Part shown: positions 26,216 to 42,230 of the stretch, in pieces
Numbering within the stretch: the first letter of the stretch is position 1
Layout of the letters: the number at the start of each line of letters is the position of its first letter
DNA from: the human T2T-CHM13v2.0 reference genome, Homo sapiens
Length of the DNA stretch: 64,000 nucleotides
Direction: 5' to 3' (one strand)
Assembly: GCF_009914755.1 (NCBI RefSeq)
Contig: NC_060936.1
The notes under the pieces: model-generated
Database searches by the model: none
What the model saw: only the letters and a program-made list of their open reading frames with translations
What the model was told of the DNA's origin: nothing
Translations under genes and position numbers: made by a program

Positions 26216-28869
26216 ATGAGAAGTAACTCTTAAAAGTATAAATAAAGGATGAAATAGAAGGAAGAACTGTTAAGAAGGAGTATTTTGTAACTCTCACAAT
26301 TGATTGGATCTGAGAAATCAATGGGGAAGGTAGAGTTAAAGAGTACACCAAGATATTGAGTCGCAGGAGCTGGAAGAATAGTATTTTTAATAAATTGAAG
26401 AGTTGGAAAATATAAGTAAGTGTTAGAGAAGGAAATTAAAGGCATTAGAGAGACAGTGGTATTGAAGTATGGGACTCCATAAGATTTCAGACTAGGGGAA
26501 CGAAACAGGAGAACAATGAAGATCAAAGATTAAGCCTTGGGGCCCACCTACGCCTAGGTTTGGGGAAGAAGAGACAAGTCTTCTCCCTCTTCTCTATATT
26601 GGTATTATAGGACTGAAGAAATGTACCAGACTGAAGGTGAGTTAATTAGTGGGCCAGGGATGACAAAGGGAACCCAGTGTCAATGGCACAGAAAGACTAA
26701 AGTGGTGGGGATAACACAGGGAGAAAATGTAAAAGGCCAGTGTCCCTATGTTGAGCACTGTAGGAACTTACAATAAGAAAATGGTTTGTTTGGAGAACCA
26801 GAATGAATTAGGTAGGGCACAAGATAGGGCAGAATGGTGAGTCCAGAGGCAAAGGCCAAGTCCAGTCTGTTTCTAAGAATGGGCATCATTCATTCATTCC
26901 TTCATTCATTTCTCAAATTTTAGGCAGGAGGGAGGCTCCTCCTGCCTAAATTCATGAATAAGACAGGTCTCCTGCTTTCATAAATTTCCCAATCTGTGAT
27001 AGCAGGAAAAACAGAATAGGGTAATATGCATGAAGCAAAGCAGGAAAGGTGGGGAGTTGAGTGGGTAGAAGAAATAGCTCTAAGGAAGTCTAGCTCATGA
27101 GTACGTGGTGAAGTAACTAAGTGACAAGATGGTGTCAGGAAGTTGATGGAATGAGCCAGAGATGAGCAGCCCACAGTTGTAGGACAATTATGATGATACT
27201 AGCAATTATAATATTTTTATAGAGCTGTCAGTTTCCTTTGGTCTGCCTACCTTTTCCCCTTGCTGATATATCTCATTCCTCACAATGCTATGTGGAGTAT
27301 ATAATATTCCCCCACTATTTATGGATGAGGAAACAGGGTCTCAGAGAAGCAAAAGACTTGCCTAAAGTGTCACTCTCCCTAGACAAACTCTAAGTTGGAG
27401 GTGAGCTATTTCACTGCAGTGTCATGTGGCAACCCCACAAAGTCCTCTGCTGACATCACTGTATTTCCTAATAAATCATACCCAGATTTTATTGGCCTAT
27501 TTCAAGGATATTGCTACAAAATATTTCCAACAGTTTCAGATGTTTTTCCTGGAATTTTATCCAAAAGAAGAACATAGTATAATAACACAATACTAAAGCT
27601 AACATAAGCCTCTTTTGTGCCTAGAATCTAAATTTTGTCAAATATATCTCTTGAACTCGTACCCTAGGAGTTAATAATTAAAGTTTCCACCACATAACCT
27701 CCAGAGATTTGTTTGTTTTGTTAGTTTATATTGCCCAATAATTTACCTCCAATGACAAAGCTTCTCCCAAACAAGGTTTTGAAGTGTGTGTCCACTTCTC
27801 TCCAGGAAATAAATGTTTTTAGGGGGAACATTAGCACCACAGTGGCTGTTAGAGATAAGCCAGTCCAGGCTCCTTAATTAGAGACCAAATCTCAGGTACC
27901 AAAGAGTTCAGTGATTTGTTTAGGGGTCCAGAGTTGTTCGTACATTTTACTAAATCCATGTTATTTATTTTTGCTGGCATCTATATAGCCTGTATATAAA
28001 ACATGAAGTAAAATTGATCAGAAAATATCCAGTTTAATGTTTTTTATTGTATAAATGAAGAAACAGAGGCTCAGAGAGTCTAAGTGATACTTCTGAGTTC
28101 ACATGGGAAAGCAGCAAAAAAGCTGAACACCCAATTCCCTATTTGGAGATTTCACATGGGACAGTGCTTCTCAAAATAGAGATTGATGGACACTTTCATG
28201 TCTTAAAGAAAATCTCCTTCCCACTCTAGCCTTCCTAAATCATGAACTCTGGTGTTATCTGAGGAATCTAAAAGCCCCTGCCTGCAGACTTTCTGAGATC
28301 TTACCAAGTTTTTCATGCAGGTCTGAGTGCCTCATACTGTAACAAGACAACTTTTGTCTTTCATTGTATCCTAGACCTTTATGGAGAAATCACCAAAGGC
28401 CCTTTGTAACTTTCATTAGACCTCCACTCCTTCTTCTTATATTAATGCCTTCCATTAAACAAATGCACCCTTCCCTCTTAAAAGTCCTCTCCCCGTGATT
28501 CTTTCCTTTGGTGGATTGTGCTTGATCCTCACTTCTTCTTCTCCTGATTAATCGTGTGGTTTCTTCTCTACTTTTGTCTCCCACTCACTTCTCTCTCATC
28601 TTGTTCTACCAGATTCATTCACTGCAGGAACTCAAGCATACCCTCTATTTACTCATATTGCTCTCACTGTAGGTATTCACAGATTTGGGAAGTGACGATG
28701 GATTTAAATACAGGACATCTTATCTGCATTCCTAAACATAGAAGACAAGGTGTTGGATCAACTTGCCCCACATAAAAGAGATTATGAATCCAAATTAGAG
28801 GCTATCTCTCTAGACTTACAGATCGCTGCTCATTTCTTGAAACAACACTGCCTCTATTGACTAATAAAT

Positions 28870-29390
28870 GCTACAGTTACCATATGTTCAACACTTACTG
28901 TGTTTCAGGCATTCTGCCTAGTGCTTTATCACATTATCTGATTTCATTACTATAACAATCCTATTAAGTCATTATTATGATTCCCATTTCATAGATGAAG
29001 GAATTCAGAAATTAAATGCTCTGCCAAAAGTCACACAACCTATGGCAGAGCCCTTACTTGGATTCAGGGTCAACTAAACATACATGTATATCAGAAGTAG
29101 TGATTTTTTGAGAACAAAAGGACTAATGTGATTCAAAGTGTGCCAAAAGAACATAGTCTCAGGGTTAATTTGGGAGCTATGTACCAAGCACTGGTCTAAG
29201 TATTTTATATGTGTTAAGTAACACAATTCTTCAGTCAACCCATGATGTAGATACTAGCATCAGCATTCTCACTTTACAGATGAGGAAGTGGAGGTAGAGA
29301 GAAGTATATTGCCCCAGGTCACACAGCTGTTAGGTAATAGAGATAGGATTCAAACTCAGGGAGTCTGTTTTTTAGCCTGACTTCTAATCG
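28870..29390 (-). mobile_element. Two MIRs in tandem (about 28870-29070 and 29170-29390)
   Basis: Cores 'cccatttcatagatgaagga' and 'tttacagatgaggaagtggaggtagagaga...ggtcacacagct'. Confidence 0.7.
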
Positions 29391-31074
29391 CCAACCAACG
29401 TTCCCTCTGAAAATCTGTTAGTTAACAGCAATCTTCAAATGTTTAAAATATTTGAAAGCCATTTTGTAAACAATCGAAGTATATCAAAATTATGATTCAT
29501 TTTTCTATCTCAAAACTAGAAAGCATACCTAATTCATTTTCAAATTCATATCTTCTAACAGTTTTAAATTGTATTAATAAAATTCAGTGACTAGTGGGAA
29601 GAAAGTGCTATCAAATCTCACCAAGTGATGTCAAAGTTCCCAGAACTTTGAATTTTACTCCAAATGAACCAATATAATGTACATATGGTTTTTACTGATA
29701 GTTACTTCATGTATCCAGCGAAAAGTAAATTGTATTATGATTTGCCACACATATGCTAATGTATGAAATTATTCTGATTACCATTTGACAAATCAGTAGC
29801 ACAAATAAAAATACTAATTACTGATATCCAACCAATTTAGATGCATTATAATTTCTATTTGCTCAAAATGCAAGGATATTATATGCTATAGGATATTGTC
29901 TCCTAATAGGTAATTACCCTAATAGGTAATCAAAGGCACACTTTAATCTTATTATGGAGTAAAGAGAAATATGTCCTATGGCATGAGAATCTATAACCAG
30001 TTTTATTCAAGAATAAAATGGCAGACCAGACTGTATTCTATATATAATCTCTAAAAAGTCCCTTTTGTTTTTTTAATAGTGGTGGGACAAAATGCAAAGT
30101 CACTCTGATCCCAAGTTATAAATACAAAGTAAAAACAAAATCCATTCACGGACAAACCTACTATTCAACATTGTATCTAATAAACCACAATGAAAGGACA
30201 GTTGAACAAGAAAATGTTGCAAAGCTCATCCTAGCCAAGAGTTGGCGAGCTAGAAGTTTTAAAATGCATATGCCCTAAAAATTGGGCGCTCATCTTCACC
30301 ACAGTGAAAATAAAGCCCAAGGAGCTTATGTGGCCTCGACTGCCAAAAAGAGTGGCGTGAAGTTCAGGGATCCACCAAGTTTTAGAATCCAAAGGGAAAA
30401 AAAATGGAATAATTTTCTATTACACTCCACTTTCAACCTCTCCAGATGGATTACGAAAATAGTGAGAAATCTAACAAAGCATTGCACAACTCTTCAGGCT
30501 GTATTTGGGTATATGACAATGAGAGAGAGGCAGCATTTATCAGTTGACTCTGCCCTGGAATATTTTCTTAATGCTGATCTCTGGCAAGGTGACCGGGCAC
30601 CATGACCCAAACCAAGTGGATGATTAAATCAGCCAATTAATAAGTACATACTGAGATGAAAGGGAGGACAAAGCAGCCAGGATAACTACAGCTGGCACAT
30701 TTCCCCATGATTAAGCTTTGACCTCCTTAGATCAGCACACTGGATGCTGGACACTGGACACTGATCCTCCATCGAGACCACTGAAATTGCTTGCTGCTGC
30801 TCCATATGCCAGAGCCCTGTTGTCCTGCAGGCTTCATCAACCATGTGGCACTTCTCTTATTCTGCTTCTTCCCGCCATGCCATATCCCACCTCCCCCCAG
30901 TTCAATACTACTCCTTGGAATTGCTTACCGGCTAATTGTTTGCATCTCATCCCACCACTATTAAAAAAACAAAAGGGAATTGCTATTCTGTCCCTGATTG
31001 GATTAGACACTCTTGGGGACCAGGAAAATATTCTCAAACATACATCGTATAAAAATGTCTGAATACATGTGTTT

Positions 31075-31540
31075 TAGAGTCAGACTTCCCACATTTATAG
31101 TCCTAATTCTTTGAGTTACCACTTTCTATCCCTGTGACCTTAAGGCAGGCAGCTGAGTCTCTCTATGCCTCAACTTCTCATATTTATAACAGAGAAAACA
31201 GCAACTACATTTTAGGTTTCTTGTATAAATGAGATAATAATGCACATAAGGGTTTATCGGAGTTCCTGGCACACTGGTAAATGTTCAATAATGAATGGAG
31301 TCCCAATTTTCTGGCCCAATTTCTAATTTTCTGGTCCCATTCTGTGGTATTATATGTGTCATTTAACTCTCATAACAATCTTTTGTGGTATCACTATTAT
31401 CCCCATTTTGCAATAAGGAAACTGAGGCACAGAGAGTTTCACCTCATGGGTGAGGTCCTGAAGATAGTCATGGCAGGACCAGGATTTGAAGGTAGGCTGT
31501 CTGGCTCTAGGATCTGTGCTCTTCATCTTCATGCTGTACT
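31075..31540. mobile_element. Adjacent oppositely oriented MIRs (+ at about 31075-31295, - at about 31345-31540)
   Basis: 'ctctctatgcctcaacttctcat' and 'ccccattttgcaataaggaaactgaggcacagaga'. Confidence 0.75.
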
Positions 31541-32636
31541 ACCTCAAAACAAAGTCCAATCTGGCAACCACATAGGAAAATCATATGGGACTCTCTCAGA
31601 ACTTAGGTGCCAATAAGACACCACGACCATTTGTAGTTGAAAATTATGTCCCCGTGAGTAGTTATTATTCATCACTTACATTTTAGTGGAAACAGGTAGA
31701 CCTGATTTTCCAAAAGGAACTGAGGTCTAATAGAAGCTATGTTTGAAGCCAGCCATAAAAAAAAAAATTCTCCTCAAACTTTCTGTGACCCTTGCTCCAT
31801 TTTAATTCATTATTCAACAGTTTATGAGATATGAGACTGTATCCTGAATTGCAGAGTATTCTTCTGTTAGGATAGCACTTGCCTGAACTATAACTGTTAA
31901 GTAAAGGCAAATGGAAAAAAAAAAATTCTATTGGAAGGATATCCACACCCTGCTTTATGATAGAATGATGACTCCCAAGAGGAAAACAAATAAGACGGCC
32001 TGATCCCTAGAAAATCAAGCCACACCATCTCAGCTTCTGACACAATGGCCCTTGGATGTTCAGTGATGTGACTAAATTTTTAAGGCAAGATGAGCCTCCA
32101 TAAAGTAAGAACAAAATGCTCTCCACAATCTAAACTATGTAAAGGCCTTTGACCAAAAGTTACCCCTAAGTATCTACCTAGAGCTACCAAAGAGAGAACT
32201 ATTCCCTAGCCACTGCACTACCCTTTCTGACTCCAGGTTTCCAAAGAGCTAAAGAAATGTAAGGGACCCCAAGGAACTAAAACTGCTTGAATAATTTTTT
32301 GAGACAAAGCTTGAGAAACAGAAAAGCCGTTCTATATGGGGGAAAGAAATCATTGTGAAAGCATAGAACTGCCACTATGGGCCTTCCAGGGGCACGGCCA
32401 GAAACTCTGCTGAAAAACTGACTTTCTTTTACAAGAAATCAGATAATAAGACTCCTTTAAGAAGTACAGAATAGTTAAATTCATCACATAATTTAATTGT
32501 ACAGGTTATTAAATAGCAGTTTGCCTCTCCTCCTTCTCCGATGCTGCTTTTGTGTATTAAACTCAGACTAATCAAATTGGGGATTCCAAGAGTACTGTAT
32601 TAGTCATCCTCATCCCTTTTAATTTGTTTAATGGCC

Positions 32637-32667
<31 letters not shown>

Positions 32668-32676
32668 CGCGCGCGC
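32637..32676. repeat. (TG)n(CG)n alternating purine-pyrimidine tract
   Basis: Seen directly in the sequence. Confidence 0.92.
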
Positions 32677-32920
32677 TAACAGCAGTGCATCTCTTAGCCT
32701 CACGACAACATGTAAATAAAGAATGGATAGGGAAAGTTTTGCAGAAAAGAATAAAGCGTGTTTCCTTTCTAAAGTTACATTTGATGTTTGAGTAATTCAT
32801 GGAACGTGTGCTGCAAGCAATGGTGCTTATTATTTCTTAGTGGTCTCCAGACACAGGAGAAGAGCGACGGCGAAGAAAGGAAGGAAGGAAGAAAGAAAAG
32901 GAGCCTGAATTTACACTCAC

Positions 32921-32990
32921 CGCTTCAAAAGCCCTTTTGTACTAAGCCAACTTCTCCTGGCTGAAGATGCAGTATCTGCCAAGAAGTCGC
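32921..32990 (-). other. Candidate 70-nt internal exon, probably non-coding (5'UTR or lncRNA)
   Basis: Acceptor ...ttttgttgtgtggtgtgctttcttgcag|GCGAC and donor AAGCG|gtgagt. Confidence 0.5.
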
Positions 32991-33939
32991 CTGCAAGAAA
33001 GCACACCACACAACAAAAGTATAAAACAGTCCATTAAAGGGCTCCTTTTCTACCCACCCCCAACTTCTTTTAATAATTTTTTTCTTTTGCATAAAAGACA
33101 CATTTTTAGAAAGTGGCACTCACTCGGTGCCCTACAATGCTGACTGGGATTAGAAAATAAGCTGCCTCGTTAGTGAAGTTTCGAGTTCGGTTTGGCTGTT
33201 TGGGTCAATTGTCTTTTCACCTGGCTCGAGCCACCAAGTCAACGTGAACTAAGAATAGGAGTTATTTAGCATGTAGGACCCGTCGGAGAGCAAGCCTCTC
33301 GGAGCAGTGGTCTGAGAGGAGCGAGAATGGCTGTCTTGTTTGGGTGGTTGTTGTTTTGAGCTGCTCTTACACATTCAGACTTTCTGTCCATTCAGCCAGA
33401 GAGGCCACGTGTCCGAAACCTGAAAGGGGCTAGTGCTTTAGAGCAACGTGGTTAAACTTGCCTTTTCATATGTGGGATTTTCCATGTGGACAATATTTGT
33501 TCTCTAGGCATTTTGAGAAGCCTGCTCATATATGGATGTTTTTCAATGTTTATATTTTCAAGTATGTGTTTAAAAACCAGCATAAACTGTGAGGGATGTG
33601 AGAGGGTAGGAGGAAGAGAAAGTAGAAATAAACAAAGAGTGGTCAGTAACTTCTTCCATCACAGCCTGCATAGACACCTGCTGGAAAGTCACAAGTCCTG
33701 TGAAATGACTCGCCGAGTGTTTTGATCTCCATGATGCCAACTGGCTGACTTTTCCAATGAACTGACCAGTTGTTTTGGCATCTTTCAGGAACAACTCTGC
33801 TTCAATCTGAATTATTTAGAAGTAATTACCCCATGGGTGGATAATCAAGGCCTGTGCTTTCTTTCTATTTTCTTTCTAGGCACCTGCTTTTTGGGGCCTA
33901 TTTTAATACTAATTCATACCCCAAACTTGAGAAGGGTGT

Positions 33940-34860
33940 TTCAGTTTACTTCAGTGAACATTTTTATTGAACATCTGTCATGAGCCAAGCACTCTGCTAG
34001 ATTCTGGAGATAGAAAGATAAAAAGAGGTGATTGTTGCTATCAAGAAGTTTGAGATTTTGTGGGAGACAGACATGTTTTAAAGTAATGTCATGAAAAGAA
34101 ACCCAGAGTGGTTTGTGGCTATTGGGAAGGAGACTTTTAGCATAACCTGGGACTTTCAGGAATGACCTTTCAAGGCAGTGAAGAATGGGCTGAGATTTGA
34201 AGAATATGGAGGAATAAACCAATTAACCAAGTGAGAAAGAAATTTCTGGAAGAAGAAGCCATGTAAGAAAAGGCAAAGAGGCATAAAATGGTGGGATTAG
34301 CAGTTCAGTAGACCTGGAGCATAAAATGTGAGAACAGAAAAAGAGGGGATGAGATGGGAAAAAAGAATAGTGGATTATTGCACCATGGAGAGTCCAGCCA
34401 CCATTTTAAAGCATCTGTACTTTGTCTCAAGGACAACAGGGAACCACTGAAAGGCCAAATTAGAAATATGAGGGGATCAGATCTAAATTTAGTTATATCT
34501 TCATGTAAATGGATTTGAAAACAGGCTGTGGGAGAATGGTTAGCAGACTATTACAACCATTCAGGGAAGAAAGAATAAAATTCAGAATGACGGATTTGGT
34601 GGTGCAGTTGAGGAAGAAATTCAGATTTGTAAAATGTATGTCAGGCAAAATTAGCAGGATCAGGAAAAGGGAGAGGCTATGATAATTCCCAGATTTCTAG
34701 TTTAGACAACAGGATGGTGACAGTGCTGTTGACCAAGAGAGGGCCTCCAGGAAGAATGATCTGAAGGTGAAGGAGGAGAGGAGAAGTAAATAGGGAGCAT
34801 GACAAATTCTGGTGCCTCCTGGGACAGTGGGACAGAGTTTAGGAGGCAGTCAGACACAGG
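33940..34860 (-). mobile_element. L2
   Basis: 'tttattgaacatctgtcatgagccaagcactctgctag', followed by purine-rich antisense L2 body. Confidence 0.7.
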
Positions 34861-35309
34861 TAGAGTGAGCTTCCAAAAATCAATGATTTAAACCATGCCT
34901 TCCCAATGAAGCCAACATTTCCCTCAATAAAAAAAAAAAAGGTGAAAATTTACTTTTGGTGGGAGGAGTCAGCAAAAAGCTCTTACATATTACAATGGTT
35001 TGTGGCTCTTCAAAGGGTCACAAACACATACCTATATATCTATAATGCTATTACAATTTCATGGCGAGGAGGGGAGAAAATTAGGTGGCAAGTAGGAAAA
35101 AAACATGTCTGAAAATGATCCTTGGGATGGCAATAACGAACTAAAGATTGAAAAACAATGACTTAAATCTGTGGTTTTATTGTTGGCTGTTACAAACTCA
35201 AAGAGAGTTGACTTCGTTGGCTAACATGGAGTTTGGAGCAATATTTGCACTGGAGAAAAAGCCCCTGGATAGCTTAGTACAGTTCTCTTGGGTCAGGATC
35301 TTCCAGGTT

Positions 35310-35400
35310 GCTGTTTATTGAAATGCAGATTCCAGGACTCACACCTTCTGTGATATTGAGAATTCCATATGAGTAGAGCCCAGGAATCTGCATTTAAAAT
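35310..35400. mobile_element. MER5-like DNA transposon fragment
   Basis: 'aaatgcagattccagg...gcccaggaatctgcattt'. Confidence 0.65.
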
Positions 35401-35402
35401 AA

Positions 35403-35741
<339 letters not shown>

Positions 35742-35773
35742 TGACCTAACTAATTTAAAAATTCAAGGATCTG

Positions 35774-36097
<324 letters not shown>

Positions 36098-37449
36098 AAA
36101 AATTCAAGGATCTGAGATTGAATTAGGAAGCAATATTCCAGTGGTGGATGAGAAATTTTCAAGAGAAGAAGCATTGTAAAATCATAAGCATACCATAAAT
36201 GGAACTTAGGAGCTTAGGTCTCACTTTCCAAACTTTGAAATGGGTTACTCAACAACAACAAAATAGATGTCCCTCTACAAAAAGAAGAAAGACAGAGGTG
36301 GAGGTAGCTTTGGTAACATGGCTACATTTGTTTCAGTTTGAAACACCAGTAGCCTGTGTAAGCTGAAAAGGGGAAGTTAATCTGAATCCACTGGCAGACA
36401 TCAGTTCTCATGGGAGCTCCAACGAGGTTAGTTTTATGTAAACTGTGAAAGTACCAGAATGATCTTCTTCATTCACGCAACAAATTCTACTCTGTAGCAG
36501 GTACTGCCTGACCTCTAGAGTTACACCATATCCATCAAAAACTCACCAGAGAAATAGCATTTATGGAGATTGTCTGAAAGATATCCACTCATCTATAATC
36601 TACACCTCTACCCCTACCCTGTCTCACAGGTAGGGAGAAAAGCTAAGACACATTTAATAAAATGCTAGGCTGACTTTGGGAAATGCCGTAAGCTTATATT
36701 GTATTTCCCTAGGATGAAAGACTCCTTCTCATTTTGCCACCATGTCACTTGTAAGAATGATGTTAAGTGTGGTCATTACTTTGCCTAGTAATTAGAATGA
36801 CCACTCTTCTGGTGGTTGTTTCTGTTAGGTGATTAGTAATCGTAGGGTTTTTCTCGTGTTTTTATTTTGTTTTAACTCATGGACACTGAGAATTACACGG
36901 CTGGTCTTTATTCCCCTCTCTTAATTTAGGCTGCTAAAAAAGCAAAAACCAGACTTGCTCACTCCCAATAGCAAGTAGAAGGGACTCAATACTATGTGTG
37001 CTTTTATTAGCCTCCTTCTTACTTCCATTTTGTGTTCTTAAATAAAATATATACCAGAGCCATGGCATTTATTGGTCTTTTAAGGGACTTGTAAATGAGG
37101 TTAAGGCATTATGTTATCTGGAAGTTACCAGCTGAGAACGGATTAGTTATCTGATTGACCCATCCTAGCTCAGGGCAAAGCTGCAAAGAAACAGATATGA
37201 AATAGGTAAATTCTGAAGAAAATGGCAAAGAGGAGGAGCAGAGCAGGAATGGTAAGGTCAAGAGAACAGTGTTTACTCAGTTCTACCCATGTGATAGCAT
37301 TGCATTCAGTAGCAGGTAACCTAAGGCAAGAATTGGGTCAGAAACAGTTACTTAATAAAGGTAATAAAGGTTTAGTTCATGGCACACTAACCACTAGGGG
37401 TTTTACTAATACCCTACCCTCAACTCTCTCCTCTTATATTTCTATTTTT

Positions 37450-39270
<1,821 letters not shown>

Positions 39271-39483
39271 AACTTCCTTTTGAAAGCACAAAATTGGGGA
39301 TAAGGATATCAGAGAAGAGGGAATTGAACTGAAAGCTATAGATGAGGGTGGGGAATGGCTATGTAGTGCTCTGTATATGAGAAACAAAGAAAATTCTGTG
39401 GTAGATTCTTTCTTGGTTTCTCTTCTAGTTTAGGAAGACCCCAAGTCAAAGACATGGGGGCAGATGATTACACAAAACATAAG

Positions 39484-39885
39484 TACTATAGGCTGAATTG
39501 TCACCCCCCCCCCCCAAATATATATGTTAAAGTTCTCACCCCCAGTAACTCAGCATGTGACTATATTTAAAGATAGGGTCTTTAAAAAGGTAACTAAGAA
39601 AAAATGAGGTCATATAAGTGATCCTTAGCCTAATATGACTATTGTCTTTGTAAGGAGAGATGATTAGGATGTAGACAGGTGAATGCACAGAGGAAAGACC
39701 ATATGAAGGCATAGCAATAAAGAAGCCATCTGCAAGCCAAGGAGAGTGGCTTCAGAAGAAACTAAACCCACTAACACCTTGATCTTAGATTTTCACCTTC
39801 CAAAATGATAAGAAAATAATTTTCTGTTGTCAAAGCCACCCAATCTGTAGTATTTTCTTATGGTAGCCCTAAAAAAACTAATACA
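39484..39885 (+). mobile_element. MLT1B-like MaLR LTR
   Basis: 'ggctgaattgt...catgtgactatatttaaagatagggtcttt...gccatctgcaagccaagg...actaataca'. Confidence 0.85.
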
Positions 39886-39899
39886 GTAACTAAGGGTAT

Positions 39900-40244
39900 G
39901 GGATAAATGAGTTGAGCAGGGAGAAAAAGCAATAAAGAGTGCATTCATAAGAGGTTTTCTATTGTAGACATTTAGGATTTACTCTTGGATTCTTCTGTCC
40001 CTCATTGGCTAAGGGCGACTCCTAGATAAAGTGTTAAATTCCTGACATTTCTGGACTACCTGTGCTTGGGCTAAGCTAGCTTCCATGGTGTTGGAGAAAG
40101 CTCTTCAGCAGATAAGCAAAGAGTCACAGGTACTTCAGGTAGGAAGTTATGATTGTGCTTGATCACTCATCGTCCACTGTAGTTGCAGGTGAACTTAGGT
40201 GTGGACCATTGGCATATGGGTAAGCATCAACAATATCTACTACA
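39900..40244 (-). mobile_element. LTR33-like ERVL LTR fragment
   Basis: The reverse complement begins tgtagtagatattgttgatgc and continues ...acctgtgactctttgc...agagctttctc. Confidence 0.55.
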
Positions 40245-40360
40245 GACCCTTCCTTCTTTTTCCCTTCCTTCCTTCCTTCCTTCCTTATTCCTTCCCTCTT
40301 TCCTTCTTTCCTTCTTTTTTCTCCTGCCAGGCTCTTGGAAATCTCAGTCTCTTTGACATG

Positions 40361-40717
40361 TGATATGGTTTGACTCTATGTTCCCACCCAGATCTCATCT
40401 TGAATTATACTCCTATAATTCCCACATATTGTGGGAGGGACCTGGTGGGAGAGAATTTGAATCATGGGGGTGGTTTCCCCAATACTGTTCTTGTGGTAGT
40501 GAATAATTCTCATGAGATCTGATGGTTTCGTCAGGGGTTTCTGCTTTTGCATCTTCTGCATTTTGCTCTTGCTGCCCCCATGTAAGAAGTGCCTTTCACC
40601 TCCCGCCGTGATTCTGAGGCCTCCTCAAGCCATGTGGAACTGTAAGTCTAATTAAACCTCTTTTTCTTTCCAGTTTCGGGTATGTCTTTATCAGCAGCAT
40701 GAAAATGTACTAATACA
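40361..40717 (+). mobile_element. THE1A-like MaLR solo LTR
   Basis: Runs tgatatggttt...taataca. Exact TSD acatg at 40356-40360 and 40718-40722. Confidence 0.92.
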
Positions 40718-41974
40718 ACATGTCCCTTGAGAAACAGTCTTTCAAGTCCTTGTGTGGTAAAATGGCCAAAACCTTCTATTTGGCCATCCTCAACTGCTCC
40801 CTTCCTTAAGAAACTAAGTTGGTCCAGAGTGGGACCCATGTGAAATGAGTCTTAGGGCATGGTAGGTTTATAATTACAGCTCTGGACATACAAAAGAAGT
40901 TATTAATACTTCCACCTTTTGTTATAGTTACCATCTCTTGACAGAAGAGAGTAGGATATAGACTGTGGAACTAGGTCAAGAAAGCTACCAGGTCTGTTTT
41001 CATGGCTATAGGCTTTTAGGACTATCTATCAACTTGGGAAAGAAGTTCGTAGGGTTCCATAAAGTTCATCCAGCTTACTCAAAGACTGTCTTGTAGTATG
41101 ACACCAAATTGTAGCTAATAGTAAAAACAGTTTTCCAGGAGTATTCCTTCTGTTAATCTTCCTCATAAATTTTCAGTGATGGTGGTATGTAAGAGGATAA
41201 GAATTTAGAGTTCTTGCCTTTCATCCACGCACTTAAAATTTGAGCTGACATGCGTTCAAAAGTGATTTTTCATTATGTTTAAAAGCCTAAGAAATGGTAC
41301 ACTGTCTAATCAAAATGGCATAAATCATTTGCTCTTGGCAGAAACTTTATTATCTCATCATAAGGACACTAGAGACTCTTGTTGATTGTTTTTTTAATTG
41401 GCTACTATGGATGTGATTGATTAATTTGAAACATAAAAATTTCATGAAAAATCATGAATTAATGGATGTATGTGAGGGATACAATCTCTTAAAATACAAG
41501 GTTCAAGTGGGATGTAAGCTCTTGAGGTGACACACCTGGAACCCAGTGGCCTTGGGCTCCAGAATTATCTTCCACCAGTCTACTCCTCATTATTATTATA
41601 AGATGTAGGAAAGATGCATCCTATTTTTCCCCTAATATAACAGGAAAGGAAACTAAAGCCAAAGAGAGAAATGTAGCTGAGAACCCTGTTTTCTGCCCTT
41701 TCCACCTTACTTTGATGGTACTCACTACTTCTCTCATTTGTTCATTTGTATTTCAGATTATGCTTTGTTCCAAAAAAATTTACTCTAACTCACAAAAGCA
41801 CAATAAAACATTACATACTATACCATCAAATCCTGGAAGAAGTCTCTAGTCAGGTTTTCCTGACTTTTTGTTTTTCTTAGGGTTAGCTCTGAATACTAGA
41901 CTCATTCTCTTGGAGGGAGGGAACTCAAAATGGGCAAGAATGATTTGTTTTGCCTTAGCAAGATAAGGAATAAT

Positions 41975-42230
41975 ACTATTTATATAATGTTTACCAAGGG
42001 CCACACACTATTTTAAGTGCATCTTACAGATCAGTTTTACAGATTAACTCATTTAATCCTCATAAAGCTTCCATGGAATAAGTACAATTAACTGCCTTAC
42101 AGAATAAAAAAAAACTGAAACACAGAGACATTAGGGAACTTTCCCATAGTCACAACATTAATGATTAATGCAGATAGGATTCAAATACAGGCTGTCTGGC
42201 CCTAGAAGCCAACTTTTACTACCAAGCTAA
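41975..42230 (-). mobile_element. MIR
   Basis: 'taactcatttaatcctcat...aaactgaaacacagaga...ggattcaaatacaggctgtctgg'. Confidence 0.75.

Larger units (their letters stand above)
32539..33450. promoter_or_regulatory. CpG-retaining unique island, candidate promoter or enhancer
   Basis: About 27 CpGs in about 910 bp by manual count, in an otherwise CpG-depleted window. No interspersed repeat recognised. Function is inferred. Confidence 0.5.

Noticed and set aside
29631-29930. Short inverted repeat around ttcccagaa (STAT-like) and a 13-bp direct repeat cctaataggtaat
   Set aside because: Too short to distinguish from chance or slippage in 64 kb.
36768-36806. 9-bp inverted repeat gtggtcatt/aatgaccac
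   Set aside because: A short stem with no features of a structured RNA family.
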